Assembly (NCBI GenBank): GCA_031265355.1
Contig: JAISCT010000011.1
Coordinates: 1-64,000 of the forward strand
Length of the DNA: 64,000 nt
Direction of reading: 5' to 3'
DNA from: Oscillospiraceae bacterium
GTDB taxonomy: Bacteria > Bacillota > Clostridia > Oscillospirales > UBA929
The stretch's first letter is position 1; each line of letters opens with the position of its first letter. Below the pieces are notes generated by a model. That model saw nothing but the letters and a program-made list of their open reading frames with translations, was not told the origin of the DNA and did no database searches. Shown piece after piece: positions 7,759-17,046 of this stretch. The position numbers and the translations under genes are program-made.

Positions 7759-10700
7759 TCAGCGGGACGCGGGGAGGTCGGCTTTGATAAAGCCGGCGAT
7801 GCCCCAGTCGGTGTGGGCGTAGTTGATAGTGCCGCCGCTGCCGGTGACGCCGACGTCACCGTGCAGCCGGAGCGTGGCCGCGCCCTCAGGGATGTCGATG
7901 TCAAATACGTGGAACGACCCGTACGGCATCCGTTCCGGGCTGACGAACTTCTCGCCCGTGTCGAAGATCACCTCGTAGTTCGTGAAGTAATTGCGGTCGG
8001 TGACCTCGGTGTCACAGCCGGCCACGGCGACGAATTTCACGGTGCCTTCCGGGATCGCGACAACGACGTCGGAGACGGCGTGCGCGCCGATGCCCTTTTC
8101 GAAGGTGTAGCCACCGATCGAGAGTACATTGTTATCCACCGACCGGTCACGCCGGACCGTACCCCAGCCTGTCGCCGCGCTCACCCACTCGAGGTCTGAG
8201 ACATAGGCGTCGATCTCGTAGTTCGGAATCACCGGCAACTCCGGCGTGACAAAACCTGCCAGCGCCCAGTCGGCGTGGTCCCAGTTCATGCCGTCTTCCG
8301 TCGAATCGACATACAGCCGCATCGCGGCGGCGTCTTCGGGGATTTCGATGTCAAACACGTGGTACTGGTCCATAGTGAGCTGGAGGCTCTGCGCCGCGAG
8401 CACGCCGTCGATGTAGACAGAATACTGCGTGTAGGCGGCGCCCGGCCAAGAACTGTCGTTCTTTTCCTCGTCGTCGGGGCCGGCCACAGCAATGAAGCGG
8501 GTGGCGCCCTCCGGAATCGCAAACTCGATCTCGGCGGGCGCGTGCGTGCCGATGCCCATCGAGAACGTATGGCCCGCGATGCGGAGCGGATTTCCGTTGA
8601 TGGAAGTGTTCACCTTTGTCGTGCCCCAGCCGGTGGTATTTCGGGTCCAAGTGAGGACGCCGACCGGGAGATTGGGGGTGACGTCCGGCAGCGGCTGGGC
8701 GATGTAAACGTCATAATACGCCTCGTCCTCGGCGTACACGGTGCCATTGTGGAGGGCGTAGACCTTCACTGTGTCGGAGCTCTCCAGCGCGATGCCCTCC
8801 GCGGGGTAGGGCAGCGCGTCGCCGATCGTCGAATCCGCGCCGAGGGAATAGAGACGTTCCACGTCATCGTAGAGGCTCACGGAGCTGAAAATGGCCCGGA
8901 TGGGCAGCGTCGCAAAACGATTGGCCTGTGTGGTTGGCAGCGTCACCGACGGGCGTGCGAACCAGTTGTCGAGTCCGCGCAGGTCGAAAACGTTTCCATA
9001 CCCCAGGTAGCGCAGCAGCAGCGCGGCCTTCGCGCTCTCGGCCGCCGAAGTGCCATAGACGACAATCTCCCGGCCTTTGTCGTCCGGCAGGTCGCCGGTG
9101 TGCATCAGCAGCTCGGCGTAGGGGATACCCACCGCGCCTTCGGCGTGCCGTTCCTCATAGGCCTCCGGAGAGCGGACGTCGAGCAGCAGGGCGCCGCTTT
9201 GGACTTTGGCTTTGGCGGTGAGACCGCCGATATAGGCCCGCGGGGCGGAGAGAGGCGTCACATCTGTGTAGGGGAGACCCAGCGCGACGGCGTCGCGAAG
9301 CGGCGCCAGGGCGCTGTCCCAGAGGAAGAGGCGCAGTGTACCGGTTTCGGGAACCGGTACGGTATTTTCCACGGTCAGGAGACCGTCTTCCGGCGCGGCC
9401 GCGTCGCGTATATCGAGCGCGTGAAGTGTACCGACCGCGCTGTACGAGGCGGCGGTCAGCCGGGCCGCCGGCCCGCTGTACGCGATAAATTCTGTGCGCA
9501 GGTGCAGGGCGCCCTCCGCCGGGGTGACGGTCGGGTAGGCGACGACGGCGTCGTCGTCGCTGAGGACCACGGCATCCAGCCGCAGGGCGCTCTCGCCCGG
9601 GAATGTGTCGTCCAGCCTGAAACGGAACCGCAGGGGCTCGTCCGACCGGAACCACAGGGAGACGACGGCGCTCTGCCCGCCCGCGAGGTTGTAGAGACCG
9701 TAAGTGTAATTCTCATTGCCCACCGATGCGGCGACCGCGGCCACGGCACTCTCCACGCCGAAGTAGACGTCGGCGCGATGCAGGCCCTCGCCGGGGGACA
9801 GGACGGAGAACTCAAACCAACTGCCCTCGCCGGAGAGCGCCGCGCCGCCGCCGCCGCTGCCGCCCTGCCAGTGATATGTCACCGGACCGCCGGCGGACGT
9901 GAGGACTGCGCCGGCCGGTCTGGCGTAGTTGGTGATGGACTGTACGCCGGCTTTGCGCGCGGCGCCGGCGCCGGCCGAGCCGCCGAAACTCACCCAATCG
10001 AGCGCATCCGCGCGGTCCAGCGTCACATCTCCGCCCGCGATTGGCATCCCGGATCCGAAGAGGAAATTCTCGGTGACGGGCAGCGGGTCGACGGCCGTCA
10101 TCGTGATGGCTTCGCACGAGACGCTGCCGTTGCTATAAGAGACTTCAACGCCCCAGCGGATGCTCAGCGTGGCGGGTTGGTCCGTCGCGTAAGTCACGGT
10201 TACGACCCGGTCAACTTTACCAGTTTGGTTCTCAATGGTGTCGCTGAAGATCAGCTGCCCGGCCAGTGTGACGGTGATACGTACCTGTGCCATGTAGCCG
10301 CCCACATAGGCTTTGACGGTGCGCGTCCGAGTGTCCGAGGGGGCGTTGAACTGGCCGTAAGACGACCCCGCGCTGCCGCTGCCGCCGCCGTAACCCTGGC
10401 CCGAGCGCAGGCCCGAGGCCGACGCCACGGGACTTCCGTCCGTCCAGCTGTAGGCTGCCGCCGCGTTTGTGTAGTTGCCGGTGGCGCTTCCGTTGCTGAC
10501 AAAGGAAAGCTGTGCGCCGCCGGTCGCTTTTCGGTGGACATTGGCGCCCGAGACGGTGCCGAGCTGCAGCCAGTCCCCCGTGCCCTCTTCGGTAAGGTTG
10601 ACGGCAGCCGGCTTGTCGGCCAATGAGACGTTCTGGGAAAGAATCTGTATTGGAATCACCAAGCTGGCCGCCTCCAGGCGGAGCGCGGCGTCGTCGCCGA

Positions 10701-12399
10701 ACGTCTCTTCCAATGTGATCCGGACTGTCAGCGAGGCGGCGCCCGGCGCGCTGAAGCGGACCCGATACAGCCCGCTCTCACCCTCGAAAAAGTCTGTGAC
10801 CTGTTTGACGCCGATCGTCGCGTCGATCCGCAACCGAGCGTTTTCGGCGCCGAGGTAGAGGGAGATAAGCTGTGTGTCCGCCCGAGTGGGCACTGTGAGT
10901 TCGACGAAATCCCCCGCCCCCGTGAGGGCCAGACCGGAGGCGCCGCCGCCGGCGGGCGTCTCGCCCGAGGCGTCGCTCCAGGCGTATGACGTGCGGGCGT
11001 CGCGGACGCTCGGCACGGCTCCGTCGGAGACAAGGCCGGAGAGAATTCCGCCGCCTTGCTTGCGCACGTTCTCCGCGAAATAGTACCAGTCGAGGCTGCC
11101 GGCCGCCGTCAGGTCCACGGTGTCGGGGGCCTCGGAAAAGTCGGCCTGCAGCGTAGCCGACGAACCGGTCGGCTCGCCGGTCACCTTCAGCACCACGATA
11201 CCGTGAGGCGGAAGGGAGGCGCTGTAGCCCTCATCCACATCGACCTCATCGTGCAGCCACAGGTCACGGGCGGTGACGCGTCCCTCCAGGCCGATGTCCC
11301 GCCAGTTGATAGACAGCTCGATCGGCGCGCCGCTCCGGTTGAAGAACGCCACGGCCTTGGTGTTCGAGCCCGCGTAGCCGAGGTCCTTGACCCAGACTTC
11401 GCCGTCGCCCGTGCTTTTCGCCACACTGGCCTGAAGGCCGGCGGGGTCTTGATCCAACGCGACCACTTCTTCATTGGTCAGGATGTCGAGAGTGGTTTGC
11501 GAGATCTGAGTCAGGTCATTGCCGAGCACCAGCGGCGCGGCCAGCATGCACCACATGCTGAAGTGGGATTTGTTTTGATCCGGCGTCAGGTTGCCGTTTC
11601 CGACCTCCAGCATGTCGGGGTCGTTGAAATGACCCGGGCCGGCGTACTTTGTAAGCGGCTTCATGGAGTCGATCTCACTCAAGATAGAACCCCAGCTGGC
11701 GTTGATGTCGCCGGAGGTGCGCCAGGAATCGGCCACATCCAACACCCATTCGCCGGGGAACATCCAGCGACAGACATTGAAAACCTTCCAGCTCCCGGTC
11801 TCCTCGGAGATCTGCCGGATGATCCGCCCTATCTTGGTGTACTGTTCCTGCTCATTGAGACGCGCGTGGCCCCCGCCGCACCAGTCCACCTTAATGTAAT
11901 CGTACCCCCACTCCTCGAGATACATCCGAAGGTCCTGCTCCTCATACCGCCACAGACCCACGTCCAGACCATAGGGATTTGTGTTGCCAGAGCCGCAGGT
12001 GTTGTCGCCGGCGTCTGAATACATACCTGCCTTCAACCCGAGGCTGTGCGCGTAGTCGGCAATGTATTTCATGCCGTTCGGGAAGAGCGTCTCGTTGTAC
12101 CGCACCCGGTTTGTCACAGGGTCGCGGCCGTTTTGGTAGCCGTCGTCGATGTTTAAGTAGACATACCCGGCTTTCGCGAGCCCCGTGCTGACGAGGGCAT
12201 CCGCCTGAGAGAGGATTCTCTCCTCGTTGATACTGAGGCCGAAGCAATTCCACGAGGACCAACCCATCGTGGGCGTGAGCTGCTGCGCCACCGCAGGCGC
12301 AGGGATGTTCTCGACGGCCAGCGCGGCCGGGACCGGGCACAGCGACAACACCAGGGCCGCCGTCAGTGCCACAGCCAGCAGAGTTTTCTTGCTTTTCAT
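7759..12399 (-). CDS. Giant secreted GH27 alpha-galactosidase / alpha-N-acetylgalactosaminidase-family enzyme. After the catalytic domain come repeated beta-sandwich modules, a degenerate rhodanese-like domain and two C-terminal NPCBM domains.
   Basis: GH27 signatures MGWSSWNCFG, NIDDGY and DYIKVDWC. The probable start is MKSKKTLLAVALTAALVLSLCPVPAALA, the second Met of the track ORF, with an AAAGGAAG RBS. NPCBM motifs LEWVSAATGWGT and TWTRNTTGWGT. Rhodanese-like LLLDVRSPEAYEERH...EIVVYGTSAAE with Gly in place of the catalytic Cys. Confidence 0.8.
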   Translation of the reverse strand: MKSKKTLLAVALTAALVLSLCPVPAALAVENIPAPAVAQQLTPTMGWSSWNCFGLSINEERILSQADALVSTGLAKAGYVYLNIDDGYQNGRDPVTNRVRYNETLFPNGMKYIADYAHSLGLKAGMYSDAGDNTCGSGNTNPYGLDVGLWRYEEQDLRMYLEEWGYDYIKVDWCGGGHARLNEQEQYTKIGRIIRQISEETGSWKVFNVCRWMFPGEWVLDVADSWRTSGDINASWGSILSEIDSMKPLTKYAGPGHFNDPDMLEVGNGNLTPDQNKSHFSMWCMLAAPLVLGNDLTQISQTTLDILTNEEVVALDQDPAGLQASVAKSTGDGEVWVKDLGYAGSNTKAVAFFNRSGAPIELSINWRDIGLEGRVTARDLWLHDEVDVDEGYSASLPPHGIVVLKVTGEPTGSSATLQADFSEAPDTVDLTAAGSLDWYYFAENVRKQGGGILSGLVSDGAVPSVRDARTSYAWSDASGETPAGGGASGLALTGAGDFVELTVPTRADTQLISLYLGAENARLRIDATIGVKQVTDFFEGESGLYRVRFSAPGAASLTVRITLEETFGDDAALRLEAASLVIPIQILSQNVSLADKPAAVNLTEEGTGDWLQLGTVSGANVHRKATGGAQLSFVSNGSATGNYTNAAAAYSWTDGSPVASASGLRSGQGYGGGSGSAGSSYGQFNAPSDTRTRTVKAYVGGYMAQVRITVTLAGQLIFSDTIENQTGKVDRVVTVTYATDQPATLSIRWGVEVSYSNGSVSCEAITMTAVDPLPVTENFLFGSGMPIAGGDVTLDRADALDWVSFGGSAGAGAARKAGVQSITNYARPAGAVLTSAGGPVTYHWQGGSGGGGAALSGEGSWFEFSVLSPGEGLHRADVYFGVESAVAAVAASVGNENYTYGLYNLAGGQSAVVSLWFRSDEPLRFRFRLDDTFPGESALRLDAVVLSDDDAVVAYPTVTPAEGALHLRTEFIAYSGPAARLTAASYSAVGTLHALDIRDAAAPEDGLLTVENTVPVPETGTLRLFLWDSALAPLRDAVALGLPYTDVTPLSAPRAYIGGLTAKAKVQSGALLLDVRSPEAYEERHAEGAVGIPYAELLMHTGDLPDDKGREIVVYGTSAAESAKAALLLRYLGYGNVFDLRGLDNWFARPSVTLPTTQANRFATLPIRAIFSSVSLYDDVERLYSLGADSTIGDALPYPAEGIALESSDTVKVYALHNGTVYAEDEAYYDVYIAQPLPDVTPNLPVGVLTWTRNTTGWGTTKVNTSINGNPLRIAGHTFSMGIGTHAPAEIEFAIPEGATRFIAVAGPDDEEKNDSSWPGAAYTQYSVYIDGVLAAQSLQLTMDQYHVFDIEIPEDAAAMRLYVDSTEDGMNWDHADWALAGFVTPELPVIPNYEIDAYVSDLEWVSAATGWGTVRRDRSVDNNVLSIGGYTFEKGIGAHAVSDVVVAIPEGTVKFVAVAGCDTEVTDRNYFTNYEVIFDTGEKFVSPERMPYGSFHVFDIDIPEGAATLRLHGDVGVTGSGGTINYAHTDWGIAGFIKADLPASR

Positions 12400-12472
12400 G
12401 AAAAAACATCTTCCTTTCTTCTTCTGTGCATGTATCTGTACGTTCATCGCAAACGGTTCAGGGGCCCAAATC

Positions 12473-13333
12473 TCAATCGGGAGGCGACGTGATGTTCACG
12501 CGCGCCAGATCGATGATTTTGCGGCTGTACACGGGCAAGTTGATGGTCTGTTTGTACTGCTGTGGACTGAGCGAGGTAAAGGCTTTGAAATCCCGCAGCA
12601 TGTGGGAGTGGTCGTAATAGCCGGCGTCCACCGCGAAATTCACAAGCGTCTGCCCGCCCTGTGTGTTCATGCGATGCAGAAAGGTCTGAAACCGTATGAA
12701 CTTGCAGTATGCCTTCGGGCTCACGCCCATGTGGCTGTGAAACACTTTGTCGATGTAGCGGGCTGAATAGCCTGTTTCTTCTTCAAGTTCCCGCACTTGG
12801 ATGTCGCCGCTCCGACTCAGGATGAGCCCGAGCAGCACGCTCAGCAGACGACCGGAGGGGGAATCTGTCCAGTCGCCGACGCCGTTTAGAAAGTGATCGG
12901 CAAAGAGGTCGATACGCCGGGTGAACGCGTCTGTCCCCACGATCTGTTCCACAAGCTGCCGGCCGCCGGGCAGGTTCGACAGCAGAAGCCGGTTGTTGAC
13001 AAGGTCCGCGTCTTTGATGCCGAAACGAAGCGAGAGGACGCCGGGGTGGAAGCGCACGCCGAAATACGTGACGTCCGGTTCGATGGCAACGCGGGTATTC
13101 TCCGTGACGGTGCCGCAAACGGCGGCCTCCGGGCGGCGGGGATCGCAGGAAAATAGGATGTCGATACAGCCGTCCGGCACGGCCATGATCTGGCTGTTGC
13201 TGTGGCCGGCGGTGAAGGAATAAAAGTGCGCCACGGGGGAGTCGAGCAGTGTCTTTTTGTAATATAGATTCGTGCACTGGACAAAAAAAGGTTGGATAGT
13301 ATATACCTTGGTGATCACCGACCGGAGATCCAT
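12473..13333 (-). CDS. AraC-family transcriptional regulator, immediately upstream of and co-directional with the GH27 gene
   Basis: C-terminal AraC HTH (ELEEETGYSARYIDKVFHSHMGVSPKAYCKFIRF). Divergent from the aminotransferase gene. Confidence 0.7.
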   Translation of the reverse strand: MDLRSVITKVYTIQPFFVQCTNLYYKKTLLDSPVAHFYSFTAGHSNSQIMAVPDGCIDILFSCDPRRPEAAVCGTVTENTRVAIEPDVTYFGVRFHPGVLSLRFGIKDADLVNNRLLLSNLPGGRQLVEQIVGTDAFTRRIDLFADHFLNGVGDWTDSPSGRLLSVLLGLILSRSGDIQVRELEEETGYSARYIDKVFHSHMGVSPKAYCKFIRFQTFLHRMNTQGGQTLVNFAVDAGYYDHSHMLRDFKAFTSLSPQQYKQTINLPVYSRKIIDLARVNITSPPD

Positions 13334-13678
13334 AATTTTCCCCTCCGACGCCCGCGCCGGCGTCGGCGCATCTGCCTGTTGATCTCATTATACAGGAACG
13401 TCGGCGGGACTGCCTATGCGCAGATTGTCTATAAATCCCCACTACATCTTGGTTACATTCGCCCCACCCTCCGGCCCCGGCCGCAGAGCCCGTCGGCGGC
13501 CCGCGCGGGGGGCAGGGAACAGGCGCAAATTTCGGGCGCCAAGTTCCGGTTTTTCCTAGTTTTGTTCTGAGGAGATGTGCTAAAGTGCAAAGCGTAAGCG
13601 TATGAGTCACAAGGGCGTGCCTCTCTGGGTGGGTGCGTCTTTGTGACATTTTATTTTAAGAAACGGGAGGAATACAAC

Positions 13679-15037
13679 ATGGCCAGCGTAAAAGAAAAAG
13701 TCAAGGGTTTTTACACGGTGGACGACGCGATTACCATGGACTACGAGACAACGCGTGACCTTCAACTGACACACCTGAACCGTGAGCGCACACTCAGCGG
13801 CGGCTGCAAGTACTTTGTCAAGGCCGACGGCACCAAATTTACCGACCACGAGGGCCGGGAGCATCTGGACATGATCGGCGCCGTCGGCGTGGCCAGCGTG
13901 GGCAACAACAATGACTTCATCTGGAGTGAGCTTGAAAAAGCGTTCCAGAGCAAACAGTACCTGATGGGCGCTATCGCGTACCACAGCATCGCAGCCGCGT
14001 TTGCCCACAACATGGCGCTGGTTTCTCCGGGCGGGCGGCTGACCAAGATGGGTACGGCGACCGGCGGCGCGGAGGCCATCGAGAGCGTCATCAAACTGGT
14101 GAAACTCGCCACCCGCGGCAAACCTGAGCGGACGCGCATTCTCTCCTGCGAGGGCGCCTTCCACGGCAAGACCACCGGCGCAGTCTCCGTCGGCGGCAAA
14201 GAAAAGTGGCGGATGTATCAGCATCCGCTGATGGAGTCGGTGGATTGGGTGCCCTATGGCGACGCCGACGCTCTCGAAGCGGCGCTGGCCCGCGGCGTCT
14301 ACAGTGCGTTCTTCCTTGAGCCGATTCAGGGCGAGGGCGGCATCATTGTCCCGCCGGAAGGTTATCTGACCAAAGTCCGCGCGCTCTGCACGCAGTACGA
14401 TACGCTCATGGTGGCGGATGAGATCCAGGCTGGCTGCGCGCGCACCGGAAAGATGTGGGCCGTGGACCACGAGGGCGTCGTGCCCGATTGTCTCGTGTTT
14501 GCCAAGGGGTTCTCCGGCGGCCTTATCCCGTTCGGCGGGTTCATCTGCACCGAGGCACTCTACGAGGCGGCCTACGGCAGTGTAGAGACCTGCTGGCACC
14601 ACACCGCGACATACCAGGAAAACGGCCTCAGCGCCACGGCGGGCATCGCTTCGCTGGAGTTCATCTTCGAAAATGACCTGATCGAAGCCGCGGCCGAGAA
14701 GGGTGCGTACTTCATCGGCCGGCTGAAGGCCCTGCAGGAGAAATATCCGACCATCATCAGGGAGGTCCGCGGCAGGGGCCTGATGATCGGGCTGGAGACC
14801 TATGAGATCCCCGACGCGTACAAAGAGGGCTATGGGGACTATTTCGCGGACCCCATCAACAACGATCTGGTGGAGGTCTACCGTATTCAGGTGAATCACA
14901 CGCTGAACAACCCGGCAGTGTTCCGTTTTCTGCCGCCGCTCACCGTCACCGTGGAAGAGATCAACTACACGCTGGAAAGCTTCGAGAAGTGCATCCAGTC
15001 CGCCCTGGCCCACACCGGACAGAGTGCCGGCGTGTGA
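13679..15037 (+). CDS. Class-III aminotransferase of the PatA/YgjG-like type (putrescine/cadaverine aminotransferase; isoleucine 2-epimerase-like)
   Basis: ATG at 13679 with a GGGAGG RBS; the track ORF starts earlier. PatA-like blocks ESVIKLVKLA, SCEGAFHGKTTGAVSV, FFLEPIQGEGGII, ADEIQAGCARTGKMWA and VRGRGLMIGLE. Confidence 0.75.
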   Translation: MASVKEKVKGFYTVDDAITMDYETTRDLQLTHLNRERTLSGGCKYFVKADGTKFTDHEGREHLDMIGAVGVASVGNNNDFIWSELEKAFQSKQYLMGAIAYHSIAAAFAHNMALVSPGGRLTKMGTATGGAEAIESVIKLVKLATRGKPERTRILSCEGAFHGKTTGAVSVGGKEKWRMYQHPLMESVDWVPYGDADALEAALARGVYSAFFLEPIQGEGGIIVPPEGYLTKVRALCTQYDTLMVADEIQAGCARTGKMWAVDHEGVVPDCLVFAKGFSGGLIPFGGFICTEALYEAAYGSVETCWHHTATYQENGLSATAGIASLEFIFENDLIEAAAEKGAYFIGRLKALQEKYPTIIREVRGRGLMIGLETYEIPDAYKEGYGDYFADPINNDLVEVYRIQVNHTLNNPAVFRFLPPLTVTVEEINYTLESFEKCIQSALAHTGQSAGV

Positions 15038-15127
15038 CGCGCAGCGCCCCGATTTCAAAAACGCAAACGTAAAAAAGGTGAAATGTAAAGAGCATTTGAA
15101 ATAGAAATAGAAAAGGGAGGGACCTTT

Positions 15128-15478
15128 GTGAAACTCTCGCGCATTGAGATCATCACCAGCCTCTCCAAGTTCAATGAACTGAAGGCGGCTCTAAGCAAAG
15201 TCGGCGTGATGGGCATGACCGTGATGCAAGTCCTGGGTTGCGGCGTGCAGAAGGGGGCGCCGGAGCACGCACGAGAGGAGTATGAGGAGATGGAGCTGCG
15301 CCCAAAGCAGCTCATCACGATCATCACCACGGAGGACTTGACGAAGAAGATCATCGAGATCGTCAAGCAGGAGCTGTACACGGGCCACATTGGCGACGGT
15401 AAGATCTTTGTCTCGGAGATCAGCAATGTCATCCGTGTCCGGACCGGCGAGGAGGGCTTGGAAGCCCTGCGGCGCTGA
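15128..15478 (+). CDS. PII (GlnB/GlnK)-fold signal-transduction protein with a divergent T-loop that lacks Tyr51
   Basis: 116 aa, GTG start with an AGGGAGGGA RBS. B-loop GDGKIFV and C-terminal RVRTGEEG are conserved. The T-loop reads GCGVQKGAPEHAREEYEEMELRPK instead of GFGRQKGHTELYRGAEY. Confidence 0.7.
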   Translation: MKLSRIEIITSLSKFNELKAALSKVGVMGMTVMQVLGCGVQKGAPEHAREEYEEMELRPKQLITIITTEDLTKKIIEIVKQELYTGHIGDGKIFVSEISNVIRVRTGEEGLEALRR

Positions 15479-15525
15479 CCCCGACAGACGACGGATCAAC
15501 GACCATATGATAGGGGGTATTGTCC

Positions 15526-16983
15526 ATGCGAAATCAAGCGAAACTGGGGCTCGGCAGCGCCGTATCCACCGGCGTCGGCCTGATTGTGGCCACAAGCTGT
15601 CTCATGACGCTGGGGCAGGGGTCCGGAGCGCTGGGCGTGGCGTTCATTATCCCCATGGTCATTGCTTGCGCTTTGAACATGATGACGGCCGCTTCGCTGT
15701 GTGAGCTCAGCGCGCTGATGCCCAAGCTGACGGGCGGGCTGGCACAGTACACGCTTGCGGGGCTCGGCCCCTTCCCGACAATCGTCTCTATGGTAGGCGG
15801 GTATCTCTTTTGCAACAGCATGCCCGCCAGCGTGGAGGCCGCCATGCTCGGGCTCGCTGTCGTCGAGATCACCGGCCTTCCGATCTCACCCACGCTGGTG
15901 GGCATCGCCGTGACCGTCGCGCTCATCATCGCGAGTTTAAACGGCATCGACATGTTCGCCAAGATCCAAAACACCGTCGCCGGGCTCTTGATCGGCTCTA
16001 TGGCCGTGATGGGACTGATCGGCGCCCTCGGGTTGGGTACGGGCGTCAAGGTGGAGCAGCCGCTCTCCGTCACCGGGGACATGGGGGCGATCCTGCCCCT
16101 GACCGCCATGGCGTTCTGGCTCTTCATCGGAGTGGAATTCATCATCCCCATCGCGACCGACATGAAAAATCCTCACAAACATGTCCCCATCAGCATGTTC
16201 CTGAGTCTTGCCATCATCTGTGTGCTGCAGATTGTCATGGTGCTGGGCTTTCACAACTACACCCAGTGGGGTGATCTCGCCGCTTCCAACGCGCCGCATA
16301 TCCTTTACGGCGTGAACATGTTGGGTGGAGTTGGAAGAATATGGATGGGTATTGTCGCGGTGCTGGCGACAGTGAGTACGCTGAATTCGGTGCTGAACAG
16401 CTTGGCCAAGATCTGTTACGGCATGGCAAAAATCAATGTTTTACCAGGCTTCTTTCAAAAGACCAACAAAAAAGGAGCGCCCGTGTGGGGTGTGCTGCTC
16501 TTTGGCGGTGCGATCTGCGTGATTCAGGCCACGGGGCTGACCACAGCCGACGAGATCATGTTTCTGATCCTCACGGGTTCCATCTTCTGGATGGTCTCCT
16601 ATGTGTTTATGCACATCAATGTGCTGGTGCTCAGGCGCCGGCTGCCCAAGGCGCCGCGCAGCTTCCGGGTGCCGACCATCTTCACCGTCCTCGGGATCGG
16701 CGGCGCGATCTACATGCTGCTCAACATCGCGCCGGACATCGAGACCAGCCGGCGGATCTGGACCCTGGCGGGCGTCGCCTTCGCGGCGCTGAGCGCATAC
16801 GCGATCGCCTGGATCAAGTTCCGTATGAAAGTCCCGGTGTTCAAGAGCATGAGCCTGGAGAAGGTGATGGCGACGGAGAACGAATTTTACTACATCACGC
16901 ATGTTAAACGGCCGCGGGAGCGCAGACGGCAGGCCCAGGTAGAGGCGCGGCGCCTGCGCAAAAAAAACCGCACCCAAGACTAA
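15526..16983 (+). CDS. APC-superfamily amino-acid/polyamine permease with 12 TM segments
   Basis: ATG at 15526 after a GGGGG RBS. Highly hydrophobic APC-like sequence with a basic C-terminal tail. Confidence 0.75.
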   Translation: MRNQAKLGLGSAVSTGVGLIVATSCLMTLGQGSGALGVAFIIPMVIACALNMMTAASLCELSALMPKLTGGLAQYTLAGLGPFPTIVSMVGGYLFCNSMPASVEAAMLGLAVVEITGLPISPTLVGIAVTVALIIASLNGIDMFAKIQNTVAGLLIGSMAVMGLIGALGLGTGVKVEQPLSVTGDMGAILPLTAMAFWLFIGVEFIIPIATDMKNPHKHVPISMFLSLAIICVLQIVMVLGFHNYTQWGDLAASNAPHILYGVNMLGGVGRIWMGIVAVLATVSTLNSVLNSLAKICYGMAKINVLPGFFQKTNKKGAPVWGVLLFGGAICVIQATGLTTADEIMFLILTGSIFWMVSYVFMHINVLVLRRRLPKAPRSFRVPTIFTVLGIGGAIYMLLNIAPDIETSRRIWTLAGVAFAALSAYAIAWIKFRMKVPVFKSMSLEKVMATENEFYYITHVKRPRERRRQAQVEARRLRKKNRTQD

Positions 16984-17046
16984 ACAGCGCGAAGACTGTT
17001 GCCCGTAAAATAGACCCGCGCGGGCGGGGGGAGGAAGAATTGAGAT

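Noticed and set aside
8275-10626. 783-aa plus-strand ORF and many smaller ORFs inside 7759..12447
   Set aside because: They are antisense to the GH27 gene, which has clear family motifs. The antisense translations are Arg/Gly/Ala-rich low-complexity sequence.
13607-15058. 483-aa minus-strand ORF
   Set aside because: It is antisense to the PatA-like aminotransferase gene, which has conserved PLP-enzyme blocks.
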